Position numbers and translations under genes: made by a program
Part shown: one piece after another, positions 63,518 to 64,000 of the stretch
How positions within the stretch are numbered: position 1 is the first letter of the stretch
How the letters are laid out: the number at the start of each line of letters is the position of its first letter
The notes under the pieces: generated by a model
Seen by the model: only the letters and a program-made list of their open reading frames with translations
Told to the model about the DNA's origin: nothing
Databases searched by the model: none
From: Chloropicon primus
Taxonomy: Eukaryota
Reading direction: 5' to 3'
DNA: 64,000 bases
Assembly (NCBI GenBank): GCA_023205875.1
Contig: CP060767.1
Coordinates: 496,001 to 560,000 of the forward strand

Positions 63518-64000
63518 ATGGCCACCCGACGACGGGGACGACGACACGAGTCGCTCGCTCTGGAGACCTGGGTGATCATGGCGTGCTACGGGGTGACGAA
63601 CATCGCACTCTCCTTCGTGAACAAGGACCTGGCGCAGAGCGGGGAGGTCGAGATCCCGCCCCTGCTCCTGGCGCAGTGCGTGGCGACGGTGGTGCTCATG
63701 AAGCTCATGGCGCCCGCCGCAAAGGGGGAGCCCCGGGCTCTCCGAGCATTCTCACAGAGGATGCTCATCGCCTCGCCGGCGGCTCTCTTGTACGCCGTGC
63801 AGCATTACACGAGAATGAAAACCTTCGTCCTCGCGGCGGTCGACGTCGTGCTCGTGGCGAGACAGCTCGTGCCGATCTTGTGCTTCGCCATCGAGAGGGC
63901 CACGGGGACCGAAGACAAGCCACAAACCACCAAGTCCCTGGCCTGCATGGGGTGCATCATCGCGGGGGTTGCCGTTTATGCTCGTGGAAAAGCCGAAGCT
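63518..64000 (+). CDS. Nucleotide-sugar transporter (GONST/SLC35-like), partial and running off the window
   Basis: My translation: 'IMACYGVTNIALSFVNKDL...LLLAQCVATVVL...VDVVLVARQLVPILCFAIE'. Multiple TMs with NK and Q motifs. Confidence 0.7.
   Translation, partial: MATRRRGRRHESLALETWVIMACYGVTNIALSFVNKDLAQSGEVEIPPLLLAQCVATVVLMKLMAPAAKGEPRALRAFSQRMLIASPAALLYAVQHYTRMKTFVLAAVDVVLVARQLVPILCFAIERATGTEDKPQTTKSLACMGCIIAGVAVYARGKAEA

Overview
Compact, intron-poor, GC-rich eukaryotic nuclear DNA. The gene set (RWP-RK, EDR1-like kinase, FAD4, PPR, plant-type QCR10, SelW) indicates a small green alga, and a Chloropicon-like prasinophyte is my inference. About 23 ordinary host genes are present: a fibrocystin-L-like giant protein, RWP-RK, JmjC, POP4, RavA-like ATPase, QCR10, SCC3, a GT29 sialyltransferase-like gene, CBM, an M16 peptidase, EDR1-like MAPKKK, BET3, F-box-like, RRM, PH, selenoprotein W, FAD4, a CTD phosphatase, a PAP phosphatase, CaMK, PPR, eIF3L and a nucleotide-sugar transporter. 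Two foreign-looking inserts stand out. (1) A ~5.8 kb intronless island (~28.6-34.4 kb) carries a frameshifted gene encoding a Vsr/DUF559-like PD-(D/E)XK endonuclease fused to 23 near-identical 34-aa (102-bp) repeats. Repeat variation is concentrated in a 3-residue block whose middle residue is always G, D or N, and there are NLS-like motifs at both ends. This is a natural TALEN-like architecture, sitting next to ankyrin genes and tiny virus-like ORFs. (2) A decayed Fanzor/TnpB (IS607-type) gene at ~17.9-18.5 kb is bracketed by telomere-like repeats. All calls come from reading motifs by eye; no database searches were run.
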